The position numbers and the translations under genes are program-made. This document shows, piece by piece, positions 33,801 to 41,759 of a DNA stretch of 54,070 bases (positions are counted from its first letter, which is position 1; each line of letters opens with the position of its first letter). The stretch is from Bacillota bacterium (GTDB lineage Bacteria; Bacillota; TC1). The DNA is taken from positions 1 to 54,070 of the forward strand of contig JBGSJN010000004.1 in NCBI GenBank assembly GCA_041741995.1, given 5' to 3'. Under the pieces are notes generated by a model. That model was not told the origin of the DNA. It did not search any database and saw nothing but the letters and a program-made list of their open reading frames with translations.

Positions 33801-34657
33801 ATGGTGGCAATAACCAACAATGGAAATTAATTGAAAACTCTGATGGAACAATTACTTTCATATCAAGGTTAAGTGTTGAAAATGGTACTAATTACGCATT
33901 GGATGTATTTAATGGTGGTATGACCGAAGGTGTAAATGTAATCCAGTGGACATCCCATGGTATGGATAACCAGAAATGGTACCTACAACCAGTGGAAGAA
34001 CACACATTAAAGTATGAAGTAAATGGTGGAAGCACAATAGCAGATAGCAATCATTTACCAGGAGTACTCCTAACAGAACCAACTATACCTACAAAAGAAG
34101 ACTTAATCTTCGCAGGCTGGTATAAAGATACTGAACTGACACAAAGATGGAATTTCACTAAAGATAAAATGTCAGAAACCGATTTAACCCTATATGCCAA
34201 ATGGGAACAAGATTACAGTGGAGTCTATAATATAAGATCCAAGAACAGTAACCTGGTAATGGACGTATTTAATGGAGGCTCAGACCAAGGGGTAAATATT
34301 ATTCAATGGACTCTTCATGGTGGGATTAATCAACAATGGAAATTTGAAGCCCTAAATAATGGCTACTATAAGATAACGTCAATGCTATCTGGATTGTCCA
34401 TTGATGTCTACAATGGTGGAACAGAAATTGGAAACAGAGTCATCCAATGGCCATACCATGGTGGAATCAACCAACAATGGAAAATAATAGCAAATGATGA
34501 TGGTACTGTATCCTTAATGTCAAGACTTGCTGAAGAGAGCGGGACTAAATTTCTTCTAGATGTCTATGGTGGTGGCAAGGATATGGGAGTCAACGTTATT
34601 CAATGGACTTCCCATTATGGTGACAACCAGAAATGGTATATGGAATCTATAAAATAG
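30899..34657 (+). CDS. Secreted multidomain protein: 14 RCC1-like propeller repeats, 4 cadherin-like beta-sandwich domains and 2 ricin-B lectin modules separated by an InlB-B/Flg_new-type repeat
   Basis: The signal peptide reads KKTKIISLLLLITLILAIMVSMPLFAKA. Repeats follow ALKSDGTVVAWG.N..GQ..VP.GLS.V.AISAG..HT. There are four modules of the form DA.L..L......L.P.F......Y...V......I.V.P....A.VKIN....SG......L.VG.N.I...VTA.DG.T...YTI.VTR. QQW/QKW lectin motifs and FAGWYKD...LYAKW are also present. Confidence 0.85.
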   Translation: MNRKSKKTKIISLLLLITLILAIMVSMPLFAKAEPSGLQFTGWGNNTSGQAESPPENKEIIEVSAGLYHASALKSDGTVISWGYSSSNQTVVPENLSNVTAISSGYYNTIALKSDGTLVAWGSNAWGELTIPIGLSNVVAIDAGATHTVALRNDGTVIAWGDNDFGQTTIPTGLSDVTAISAGYDYTVALKSDGTVVTWGDGSYGKTTVPVGLSGVTAISAGYNHTAALKSDGTVVTWGYNLSNQITVPAGLKDVIAISAGANFTLALKMDGKVIAWGSNNNGQTTVPPLLSDVSEISAGGGYNDGFSIALKNDGTVDAWGLNDKGQTNIPKGFINTIAISAGEAFTVGLKNDGTVVAWGINDRGQTSVPSGLTDVIAISTGIWHTVALKNDGTVSAWGNNFYGQTSVSALTNIIAIAAGGYHTVALKSDGTVIAGGENDKGQTTVPEGLSGIEAIAAGGSHTLALKNDGTVVAWGNNSNKQCNVPVGLSDVIAIDAGYQHSVALKSDGTVVAWGYNSGGISTVPAGLAEVTAIDAGGWHTVALRSDGTIVSWGLNTIGGTTAPTILFGVKAISAGGSHSVVLWKTESDASLSNLEISEGVLGPTFTSNNEIYNVEVGFNINNISVTPTATQAGATVKINEALVSSGDASDGIDLNVGTNKISVVVTAEDGTTLKKYTINVTRAAGSSDAKLTNILLDYGIISPSFYSGITFYTANVSNSISNIKITPYGSHTEATIKINNKTVSSGSSSESIALSVGINTIEVIVTAQDGTTSLTYTISVTRAPSNDSTLLNLTLNNGILSPGFSTDIISYETLVENNIDNIKVTPTLSQSDAVIKINGILVESGTESEIINLSVGTNIINIEVTAQDGITKKTYTINITREQKDYSGLYNIKSKKSNLLMDVYNAGKEKGNNVIQWPSNGGVNQQWKFERLENGYYKITSQLSGMAMDVYNAGASNGNRVIQWPYHGGNNQQWKLIENSDGTITFISRLSVENGTNYALDVFNGGMTEGVNVIQWTSHGMDNQKWYLQPVEEHTLKYEVNGGSTIADSNHLPGVLLTEPTIPTKEDLIFAGWYKDTELTQRWNFTKDKMSETDLTLYAKWEQDYSGVYNIRSKNSNLVMDVFNGGSDQGVNIIQWTLHGGINQQWKFEALNNGYYKITSMLSGLSIDVYNGGTEIGNRVIQWPYHGGINQQWKIIANDDGTVSLMSRLAEESGTKFLLDVYGGGKDMGVNVIQWTSHYGDNQKWYMESIK
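31007..32652 (+). repeat. Coding tandem repeats: 14 RCC1-like blades (enough for two 7-bladed propellers)
   Basis: Counted 13 x (A/G)L(K/R).DG.(V/L/I)..(W/G)G units plus the initial FTGWGNN unit. Confidence 0.8.
32663..33547 (+). repeat. Coding tandem repeats: 4 cadherin-like beta-sandwich modules (~97 aa each)
   Basis: The repeats start at DASLSNLEIS, DAKLTNILLD and DSTLLNLTLN, with one more; each ends in YTI.VTR or YTINITRE. Confidence 0.75.
33554..33993 (+). repeat. Ricin-B lectin module copy 1
   Basis: DYSGLYNIKSKKSNLLMDVYN...NQQWKFE...NQQWKL...NQKWYL is highly similar to copy 2. Confidence 0.8.
34211..34654 (+). repeat. Ricin-B lectin module copy 2
   Basis: DYSGVYNIRSKNSNLVMDVFN...NQQWKFE...NQQWKI...NQKWYM. 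Confidence 0.8.
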
Positions 34658-34792
34658 TAATTGAAGATAGGACATTTTAAGATAAATGAAATAATTGAAT
34701 TATCAAGAGATGAGGTAGAGAGTTAGCTCAGCAACCTCACACCAACCTGCGAAAAAGAAAGGTGGTACAGCTAACAACGATAAGGAGACAAT

Positions 34793-34825
34793 ACACAAAA
34801 AAACTCCTTAGGGAGTTTTTTGTGT
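34793..34825 (+). terminator. A-tract / hairpin / T-tract terminator, possibly the expression platform of a leader RNA
   Basis: ACACAAAAAAACTCC - TTAG - GGAGTTTTTTGTGT. Its 5' arm can alternatively pair with TAAGGAG at 34781-34787. Confidence 0.5.
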
Positions 34826-34862
34826 TATTGTTATATCGTTAAGGAATAAAGGAGGTGTAGTA

Positions 34863-35633
34863 ATGAGTTCTAAAATGCTAATACACATACCCCACAGTTC
34901 AATGAACATTCCAAAAGAATACAAGAACAGCTTTACTGCCGATGCTAAAACAATAAGGAAGAACATCATAGCACTAACAGACTACCAAACCCAGGACCTA
35001 TACGACCACCCAGAACATCAAAACAAAATAATATTCAATGTAAGCAGACTACTTTGTGATGTAGAAAGATATGAAAACGACCAAGACGAAATAATGGCAA
35101 AATACGGCATGGGAGTAGTCTACACAAAAGGACCATATGGTGAGACACTACGATTAGCCAATGAAACACTGCGAGAAGAAATAATAGAAAAATACTACAA
35201 ACCACACCACAAGAAACTACTAGAAGAGGTTATTAGTATAATTGAGAATAAAGGTAACTGCATAATAATAGATGCACACTCATTTCCTTCAATACCATTC
35301 CCAGGTGAACCAGACCAAAATAGGGAAAGACCAGACTTCTGCATAGGTACAGACAATTACCATACACCAGAGCCACTGGTCAATAGTATTACTAACTGCA
35401 TCGAGGAAATAGGCTACACAATAGAACGAAACAAACCATATGCAGGAACCATAGTACCACTAGAACTTTATAGAAAAGATAAAAGAGTAATATCAGTCAT
35501 GATAGAAGTTAATAGAAGACTATACATGAACGAAACTGACCAAAGTATCTCCGATAGGTATGATACTACAAAAGAAGCTATAAACAAGATAATTGATACA
35601 ATAAACAAATGGTCACAGGAAAATAAAGTATAG
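34863..35633 (+). CDS. N-formylglutamate amidohydrolase (FGase) family hydrolase
   Basis: IHIPHSSMNIP and IIIDAHSF match FGase-family motifs. A strong SD AAAGGAGGTG is present. Confidence 0.6.
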   Translation: MSSKMLIHIPHSSMNIPKEYKNSFTADAKTIRKNIIALTDYQTQDLYDHPEHQNKIIFNVSRLLCDVERYENDQDEIMAKYGMGVVYTKGPYGETLRLANETLREEIIEKYYKPHHKKLLEEVISIIENKGNCIIIDAHSFPSIPFPGEPDQNRERPDFCIGTDNYHTPEPLVNSITNCIEEIGYTIERNKPYAGTIVPLELYRKDKRVISVMIEVNRRLYMNETDQSISDRYDTTKEAINKIIDTINKWSQENKV

Positions 35634-35636
35634 TGA

Positions 35637-36311
35637 ATGATTAACTATAAGAAAGAACGGGAACTAATGGGGTTTTTAGATGAAATACTGAAGATTGTTG
35701 TAGTCGATAAGGTATTATCAGTAATTGAAAAAATTGAAATAAAGAACGAAGAAAAAATTAAGAGGGAATTTGATAAAAAATCTGGTATAGAGGTTCTAGT
35801 GATTCGACGAAAACAAATTACATGGAAAGAAAAATTTGATGTTTATGATGAATACCAAAACATAAAATACACAGTTAAAGGAGACCTTATTTCAATTAAG
35901 CCCAACCTTATAATTTTAGATGATAAGGGTAGAAAAATTGCTTCTGTGAAAGAAAAAATCATTTCTTGGCGCTTACCTTTTTCCTTTGAATCGAAACCTG
36001 TAGATTTCATATTAGAAATTGATGGAAAAAAGATTGGAAAAGTAAAATCAAAATGGGCTTTTGCCAAGCAGAAATACGAAGTAGACTTAAATGGATGGCA
36101 AATTGAAGGAAATATTTTAGGATGGAAATACAAAATATGTAATAAGAATGAACAGATAGCAAAAATCTCACAAAGAGTTTTCGATTTTGGGGATACTTAT
36201 GTCATCAACTTTGCTAATCCTAATAATGAACTATTAGTACTCATGCTAGTACTTGCTATGGCAGTCAATACACCTTACAATTACATAAATAAACTAAATA
36301 TAAAGGAATAA
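35637..36311 (+). CDS. LURP-one-related (DUF567, tubby C-terminal-like) family protein with an N-terminal extension
   Basis: ITWKEKFDVYDEYQNIKYTVKGDLISIKPNLIILDDKGRKIASVKEKIISW... and YKICNKNEQIAKISQRVFDFGDTYVINF are typical of bacterial LOR proteins. Confidence 0.65.
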   Translation: MINYKKERELMGFLDEILKIVVVDKVLSVIEKIEIKNEEKIKREFDKKSGIEVLVIRRKQITWKEKFDVYDEYQNIKYTVKGDLISIKPNLIILDDKGRKIASVKEKIISWRLPFSFESKPVDFILEIDGKKIGKVKSKWAFAKQKYEVDLNGWQIEGNILGWKYKICNKNEQIAKISQRVFDFGDTYVINFANPNNELLVLMLVLAMAVNTPYNYINKLNIKE

Positions 36312-36320
36312 AAATACTTA

Positions 36321-36347
36321 AGCAGCCATAATGGCTGCTTTTTGTTT
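36321..36347 (+). terminator. Rho-independent terminator
   Basis: AGCAGCC (36321-36327) / GGCTGCT (36333-36339), loop ATAAT, then TTTTGTTT. Confidence 0.8.
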
Positions 36348-36398
36348 CAATAAAAACAGTTGCGAACGCAACTAATTGTGATATAATGCAGATGAGAG

Positions 36399-36839
36399 GT
36401 GAAAACAATGAAAATAACACACATCGGAGACCTGATATACAAACTAAACAAAGAACTATCAAAACAAATAGATACACTACTAAAAGATGAAAAAATGAGC
36501 AACGGACAACTACAAACCCTAATGACAATCAAAAAACTAGAAACCAACGGCCAAGTAACACAAGAAAAAATAACAAAAGAAATACTACTAGACAAAAGCA
36601 ACATTTGCAGAAGCCTACAAAAACTAAACGAAGAAAAATACATAACAATAGAAATATCAGAAAATGATGCGAGAAAAAATATAATACAACTAACACAACA
36701 TGGCCAACAAGAACTAACAAAACTACAAAAAGACCTCCAATCAATAAACAAACAAATGCTAAAAGACATAAAAATAGAGGAACAAAATATCACAAAAAAC
36801 ACCCTACAAAAGATGATAGAAAACCTTAAAGTAGACTAA
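36399..36839 (+). CDS. MarR-family transcriptional regulator (start more likely ATG 36408)
   Basis: The wHTH pattern is ...NGQVTQEKITKEILLDKSNICRSLQKLNEEKYITIEISENDARKNIIQLTQHGQ. SD GAGGTG lies 6 nt before ATG 36408, and an MFS transporter follows. Confidence 0.75.
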   Translation: MKTMKITHIGDLIYKLNKELSKQIDTLLKDEKMSNGQLQTLMTIKKLETNGQVTQEKITKEILLDKSNICRSLQKLNEEKYITIEISENDARKNIIQLTQHGQQELTKLQKDLQSINKQMLKDIKIEEQNITKNTLQKMIENLKVD

Positions 36840-36900
36840 AAAATTTAAATTAGCATTTAAATAGGAAATAAAATAGAAATAGAGACCAGAAGGAGAAAAA

Positions 36901-38142
36901 ATGAAACAAAAAAACAAATACGCCATACTACCAATATTCTTTACAATATTCCTGGACTTGTTAGGACTCGGTATCGTAATACCAATACTCCCGGCAGTTC
37001 TCCTTGACCCAATGGGGGGAGTACTACCAATACTAACAACATACACCACCAGAACAATAATATATGGCTTTCTAGTTGCCTCATACCCACTAGCACAATT
37101 CTTTAGCGCACCTATACTAGGAGCCTTAGCAGACCAAAAAGGCAGAAAGAAAATACTAATAATATCACTATTTGGAACCTTTATAGGCTATCTGATCTTT
37201 GCTATAGGTATCCTACAAAAAGACATATACTTACTATTTATTGGTCGCTTAATTGATGGCCTGACAGGTGGCAACATTGCCATTGCCCAATCAACAATAG
37301 CAGACATCAGCGATGAGAAAAACAAAGCCAAAAACTTTGGCTTCATAGGAATGGCCTTCGGTCTTGGATTTATTCTAGGACCATACATCGGAGGGAAAAT
37401 ATCCGACCCAGGCATAGTCTCCTGGTTCACTTATGCAACACCCTTCTATTTAGCAATGGCCCTTAGCATACTAAACATCATATTAGTAGTATTAAAATTC
37501 CCAGAAACACTAGCAATAAAAAAACAAATAAAAATAAGCTTACTTACAGGGGCGAGAAATCTAAAAAAAGCTTTCACCAGAAAAGACTTGAAAATAATGT
37601 TCCTTGTAGGTTTTCTCTTAGCTATTGGTTTCAACTTTTTTACCCAGTTCTTCCAGGTGCTTTTGATTGGTAAATTCAATTTTACTCAATCTAATATTGG
37701 TGATTTTTTTGCCTATATGGGCTTATGGATTGCCATCACCCAGGGTTTAATTTTAAGACCACTTTCCAATAAGTTCTCACCAGAGAATATTATGAAATAT
37801 TCCATAATATTGCTAGCTTTAACATTCCCTTTTTTACTAATACCTGACAAAGCGATTTGGCTATTTTTAATAATTCCGTTTATAGCAATATTCCAAGGAT
37901 TGACCCAGCCAAATACTACAACAATTGTTTCCAACTTGGCAAGTGAAAAGGACCAAGGAGAAATCTTGGGAATAAACCAGTCAGTACAATCTATGGCACA
38001 GGCTATACCAGCCATTATTGCAGGTTTCATTACTTCGATTAATATTAATCTACCAACTATACTTGCTGCAATAACAACAATAGTTGCTTGGATTATATTC
38101 AAATTCGTCTTTCTTAAAAAAGATAAGATAGGAGAAAACTAA
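36901..38142 (+). CDS. MFS transporter (drug/H+ antiporter-like, 12 TM)
   Basis: The MFS motif A-like segment GALADQKGRKK is present, with about 12 hydrophobic helices and SD GGAGAAAAAATG. Confidence 0.85.
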   Translation: MKQKNKYAILPIFFTIFLDLLGLGIVIPILPAVLLDPMGGVLPILTTYTTRTIIYGFLVASYPLAQFFSAPILGALADQKGRKKILIISLFGTFIGYLIFAIGILQKDIYLLFIGRLIDGLTGGNIAIAQSTIADISDEKNKAKNFGFIGMAFGLGFILGPYIGGKISDPGIVSWFTYATPFYLAMALSILNIILVVLKFPETLAIKKQIKISLLTGARNLKKAFTRKDLKIMFLVGFLLAIGFNFFTQFFQVLLIGKFNFTQSNIGDFFAYMGLWIAITQGLILRPLSNKFSPENIMKYSIILLALTFPFLLIPDKAIWLFLIIPFIAIFQGLTQPNTTTIVSNLASEKDQGEILGINQSVQSMAQAIPAIIAGFITSININLPTILAAITTIVAWIIFKFVFLKKDKIGEN

Positions 38143-39068
38143 TGAGCAGTTTTAAGAACCTTCGGATAGTAGACAATTTCTATCAGACATCAGCCTTCTT
38201 TCCAATGCCTACAGTCATGATAAGCACACTTACAGCTGAAGGAGAAACCTCTCTTGGACCATATTCATTAATTCAGCCCTATTACATTGCAGGACGGGAT
38301 TATTATGCCATGCTACTATGCACTCGTAATTCCTCAAACACCGCTCAGCACCTATTACAATATGGAAAATGTGCTTTAAACTTCATCACCGATGAAAAAA
38401 AATACTTCAAAGAAACTGTGCGACTTGGCTTTCCTGGAGATAAGCCCGAAGAGAAAATGAAAAACAGCATCTTTACACTCGAAGATGGACAGATGACCAG
38501 CGAACACCCTGGGGAAAAGTTCCCCAAGGTTATCAAAGAAGCCTATCAGGTAATGGAATGTACCTGGATGAGTGAACTTGACAACGCTCAAAACGATAAA
38601 CCAGGTCTCCTTGACGGCTACCCTGGACCATATCATGACTTCAACGGAATAACCAGTCAATATGGAGCTCATTTTATCCTGCGAGTCGACAAGATACTTA
38701 TGAAAGAGCGTTACTATAAGGCTATCATCAATGGAGTAAAGGCATCGGACTTTCCTTCAGTTCCAGTGGACTACGGTTATCGTGATAGCAAGTCCTTCTG
38801 GTATACTCCCTTTAAGCGACCAAGAACAGTGCCTCTAGCCAAGCGAGAGGCGAGTCTGTCATCAGTTAAGTATGCAGCAGATCGAGCTGATGATACTGTA
38901 AAATTTACTGATGAAGCTTGTATGAAACTACTAAAGGTACCTCGCATCTTCCTGCCAACTGCTTTAAAAGGCTGTGTGCAGTGGGCCAAGGCAAATAACG
39001 TAAACCTTATTACCGGAGAACATATGGACATCATTAACGATAAGCGCAGTAAAGAAAAATCCAGATAA
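38142..39068 (+). CDS. Flavin-reductase-like (FMN-binding split-barrel) domain protein with a C-terminal extension
   Basis: The N-terminal PMPTVMISTLTAEGETSLGPYS...NSSNTAQHLLQYGKCALNF resembles the flavin reductase domain. It has a TAATG overlap with the MFS gene, and a flavodoxin gene follows. Confidence 0.4.
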   Translation: MSSFKNLRIVDNFYQTSAFFPMPTVMISTLTAEGETSLGPYSLIQPYYIAGRDYYAMLLCTRNSSNTAQHLLQYGKCALNFITDEKKYFKETVRLGFPGDKPEEKMKNSIFTLEDGQMTSEHPGEKFPKVIKEAYQVMECTWMSELDNAQNDKPGLLDGYPGPYHDFNGITSQYGAHFILRVDKILMKERYYKAIINGVKASDFPSVPVDYGYRDSKSFWYTPFKRPRTVPLAKREASLSSVKYAADRADDTVKFTDEACMKLLKVPRIFLPTALKGCVQWAKANNVNLITGEHMDIINDKRSKEKSR

Positions 39069-39088
39069 CTGGAGAAAAGAGGAAGTAT

Positions 39089-39574
39089 ATGAAAACTGCA
39101 GTAATTTATTTTTCACTTGAAGGTAATACAAAATATATCGCAGAAGAAATTTCCAAAGAACTAGATGCAGATATAATACAATTAATACCAGTAAAAGAAT
39201 ATCCAACAGGCAAAGTAAGCAAGTACTTTTGGGGAGGTAAAAGCACAACTTTTAAGGAGACTCCTAAGCTGGAATCATTTAAGTTTGATCCCGATATTTA
39301 CGATTTAGTTATATTGGGAACACCTATTTGGGCAGGTACATTTACACCACCGCTTCGTTCATTTATAAAGAAAACTAAATTAACAGGTAAAAAAGTAGCC
39401 ATGTTTGCAACATGTTCCGGCGGCTCAACAGAAAAATGCTTTAAACAATTGGAAAAGGAAATATCGGATTGTACTGTTCTTGCAACTATAGGATTCATTG
39501 ATCCTCTTAAGAATGCTAATAGTGAAAATAGTCAAAAAATTATTGATTTCTGCACCAAACTAAAAAAGAATTAG
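39089..39574 (+). CDS. Flavodoxin-family protein
   Basis: MKTAVIYFSLEGNTKYIAEEI is a typical flavodoxin FMN-binding N-terminus, and the 161-aa size fits. Confidence 0.75.
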   Translation: MKTAVIYFSLEGNTKYIAEEISKELDADIIQLIPVKEYPTGKVSKYFWGGKSTTFKETPKLESFKFDPDIYDLVILGTPIWAGTFTPPLRSFIKKTKLTGKKVAMFATCSGGSTEKCFKQLEKEISDCTVLATIGFIDPLKNANSENSQKIIDFCTKLKKN

Positions 39575-39676
39575 GTTCCTTTAAGGTTTTGCTTATTAAT
39601 TGGGTTTTCTAGGTTTCATTAGATAACTAAGGCATCTTAGTGTATTGCCCAATTGTGGAATATTGTTTAGAACGTA

Positions 39677-39685
39677 TGATATAAT
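39677..39685 (+). promoter_or_regulatory. Extended -10 box TGATATAAT
   Basis: TGnTATAAT lies 38 nt upstream of ATG 39723. Confidence 0.3.
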
Positions 39686-39722
39686 TTGACTAAAGATTCA
39701 CAAAATACTACAAAGGAGTATC

Positions 39723-40226
39723 ATGAAAAAATTCAACACAATAATAAAAGCCATCCTATATATAAGTTCAATTATTCTAGCTCTTGTATCGATATACTTG
39801 TTCTTTGGATCCTCAATAAATAAGGGGGGTGGAGGTGAAGACATTGGTGAAACAACCGGCACTATCCTTGCTATTGCTATGGGCTTTGAAATCCTATTGT
39901 TTTTTGGTCTTCAATCACTAAAAAGAAAACTTGTTCCTAAAATTATAAAGAGCTATGTTGTTTTCATCGTTAAGTATCTGCTAGAATATCATCGCTCTGT
40001 TGGTAGTATAGCCATTGGGATTTTACTATTTCATTACTCTCAGACTTTTAATGCCTCAAATCCTTTTGCTATTCAACAAATTACAGGTTATGCCACAACT
40101 GCACTTGTAGTTATATCATTAGGTATCGGCCTAATATATAGACTAAATAAGAAGGAGCTCAATAAACTCCACATCCTGACAGCATTTTTGGCAATAATTC
40201 CTTTTCTAATACATTTAGCAGACTAA
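39723..40226 (+). CDS. Hypothetical integral membrane protein (4-5 TM)
   Basis: SD AAGGAG is present and the protein is hydrophobic throughout. Confidence 0.5.
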   Translation: MKKFNTIIKAILYISSIILALVSIYLFFGSSINKGGGGEDIGETTGTILAIAMGFEILLFFGLQSLKRKLVPKIIKSYVVFIVKYLLEYHRSVGSIAIGILLFHYSQTFNASNPFAIQQITGYATTALVVISLGIGLIYRLNKKELNKLHILTAFLAIIPFLIHLAD

Positions 40227-40310
40227 TATACAGATAGACTCAGATAGAATTTAATTTTAATATCATATTATGTTTGGTATAATTAATTTAACAAATTTTG
40301 GGGGTGGATT

Positions 40311-41576
40311 ATGAAAAACAATATTATAAAAGAAATAACAAACAAACTATCAGAATATGCAATAGAATACAAAGAAGGGGTTGAAACAGACCTAAGTATC
40401 AATAAAGAATTCCTCGACGCCAAATGGAGTACAGGAGACAAAAAAATAAAATACGAAAGCAATATCCTCATCAATGATCAGGAAAAAACAATATACATGT
40501 ACGAAAAGACCACTGAAATTGGTAAGGGAATATCCCTGGGTGGAGGTGTTGATTCTTCATTCCAAAGTGGTACTACACTCTATCGTAAAGTGAAGAGTGT
40601 TCAATATGGACCTGAGGGTAAAGCTTATGATATAGAACTTGATCTTGGTGCAATACCAAAGGCAGTTAAGGAAATAGCCAAGAAATATGACTATAAGTTC
40701 AAGACTGTAATTATGAAGAAAAAGGCTATGTATCCTATTGGAAGTGCAGCAGGTAAAAGTGTTGCAAGTAGTGTTGTAAGTAATGTTGAAGGTGATAGTA
40801 TTAAAAATAGTAAAGTTGTAGAAAAATTTGATATAAATAGTATCCCTAAGGGTTCCATGATAGGTCTTGGAATATTGGGTATAGTTGTGGCTCTACTTTA
40901 TATTTTGATGGAAGTAACTATAATCGGTTGGATTTTAGCTCTTGTTTCATTTGGCTTGTTGTTCTACTATTTTTATTCTCATCCTTTATTGAAGGGTATT
41001 TTCAGTGTAGTTATTTTAGTGGTTTCCTTGATAGTCCTATTTATAGTTGGTGCATTGTCTTCTAATATGGAGACTAATAGTGTATCTGATAAGAACGGAA
41101 ACCAGGTTGTTGAAAAGGCTGATGAAGATACTGAAGAAACTGCTGTGGACAATTCTAAGACAGTTGTTGGGATAACCTTGGCTAAGCCTGCTAATTGGGA
41201 TTTAGTAGGAGAAAATGGGAAGGTTTTATATAGTTATAGGAAGAGCGATTTGAGTACTGTTGTTGTAATGGGTCTGACTTCTGTTGATCAGGAATTCTAC
41301 AAACTAAAAGAAATTTCGAAGGATGATATTGTTGGTACTACTGTTGCTAAGGTTAGTGGTTTTGAGAAGATTAAGATTGGTGATTGGAATGCTGTTAAGA
41401 TTTTAGGTGATGATACAGCTGGTACTGGCGGGGGTTATGTTTATATTTATTATATTGATCTTCCTGGTTATACTGATGTTTCAATTATGGCTTATGGTCG
41501 TACTTTGGAGGAAGCTAAGACTGTTGCTAGTGAGTGGGAAGGTTTTCTTCCAGGTTTGCAGTTGGAGTTTCAATAG
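40311..41576 (+). CDS. Hypothetical protein with two central TM helices separating two soluble domains
   Basis: SD GGGGGTGG is present, and the TM pair is MIGLGILGIVVALLYILMEVTIIGWILALVSFGLLFYYF. Confidence 0.55.
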   Translation: MKNNIIKEITNKLSEYAIEYKEGVETDLSINKEFLDAKWSTGDKKIKYESNILINDQEKTIYMYEKTTEIGKGISLGGGVDSSFQSGTTLYRKVKSVQYGPEGKAYDIELDLGAIPKAVKEIAKKYDYKFKTVIMKKKAMYPIGSAAGKSVASSVVSNVEGDSIKNSKVVEKFDINSIPKGSMIGLGILGIVVALLYILMEVTIIGWILALVSFGLLFYYFYSHPLLKGIFSVVILVVSLIVLFIVGALSSNMETNSVSDKNGNQVVEKADEDTEETAVDNSKTVVGITLAKPANWDLVGENGKVLYSYRKSDLSTVVVMGLTSVDQEFYKLKEISKDDIVGTTVAKVSGFEKIKIGDWNAVKILGDDTAGTGGGYVYIYYIDLPGYTDVSIMAYGRTLEEAKTVASEWEGFLPGLQLEFQ

Positions 41577-41621
41577 TTAAATATGAATTGAATGGTAATT
41601 ATGTAACTTCGTTATAAATTA

Positions 41622-41653
41622 ATCATCTCAGAGATTTCTGGGGTGATTTTTTT
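41622..41653 (+). terminator. Rho-independent terminator
   Basis: ATCATCTCAGA / TCTGGGGTGAT (11 bp including two G.U pairs), loop GATT, followed by T7. Confidence 0.75.
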
Positions 41654-41759
41654 ATGGGTTTTAATATCTTATATATTGCTTATTTTGAATTTAAGTAAAA
41701 ATATAGTAAAATAAAAGGGTTGAAAAAATATTATTGATAGTAAAAAGCGGGAGGATACA

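Noticed and set aside
34713-34775. tRNA-like string GTTAGCTCAG (D-loop-like) and the T-box core GGTGGTAC
   Set aside because: No acceptor, anticodon or T-arm can be drawn, so it is not a tRNA. For a T-box, the leader is too short, I found no specifier loop or stem I distal motifs, and the downstream gene is not a typical T-box target. It is kept only as a generic structured-leader finding.
36347-36802. Long minus-strand ORFs (151 aa and 71 aa) antisense to the marR gene
   Set aside because: Their translations are low-complexity (F/S/C/L/V-rich). They arise because the marR coding strand is almost pure A/C, so the antisense strand has few stop codons. The + strand ORF has an SD and a clear MarR wHTH pattern.
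41577-41759. Possible fluoride riboswitch upstream of the ClC gene
   Set aside because: The region contains only the terminator of the preceding gene and AT-rich promoter-like DNA, with no crcB-motif features. The ClC protein has the canonical GSGIPQ/GREGP chloride-type motifs rather than a ClC-F signature.
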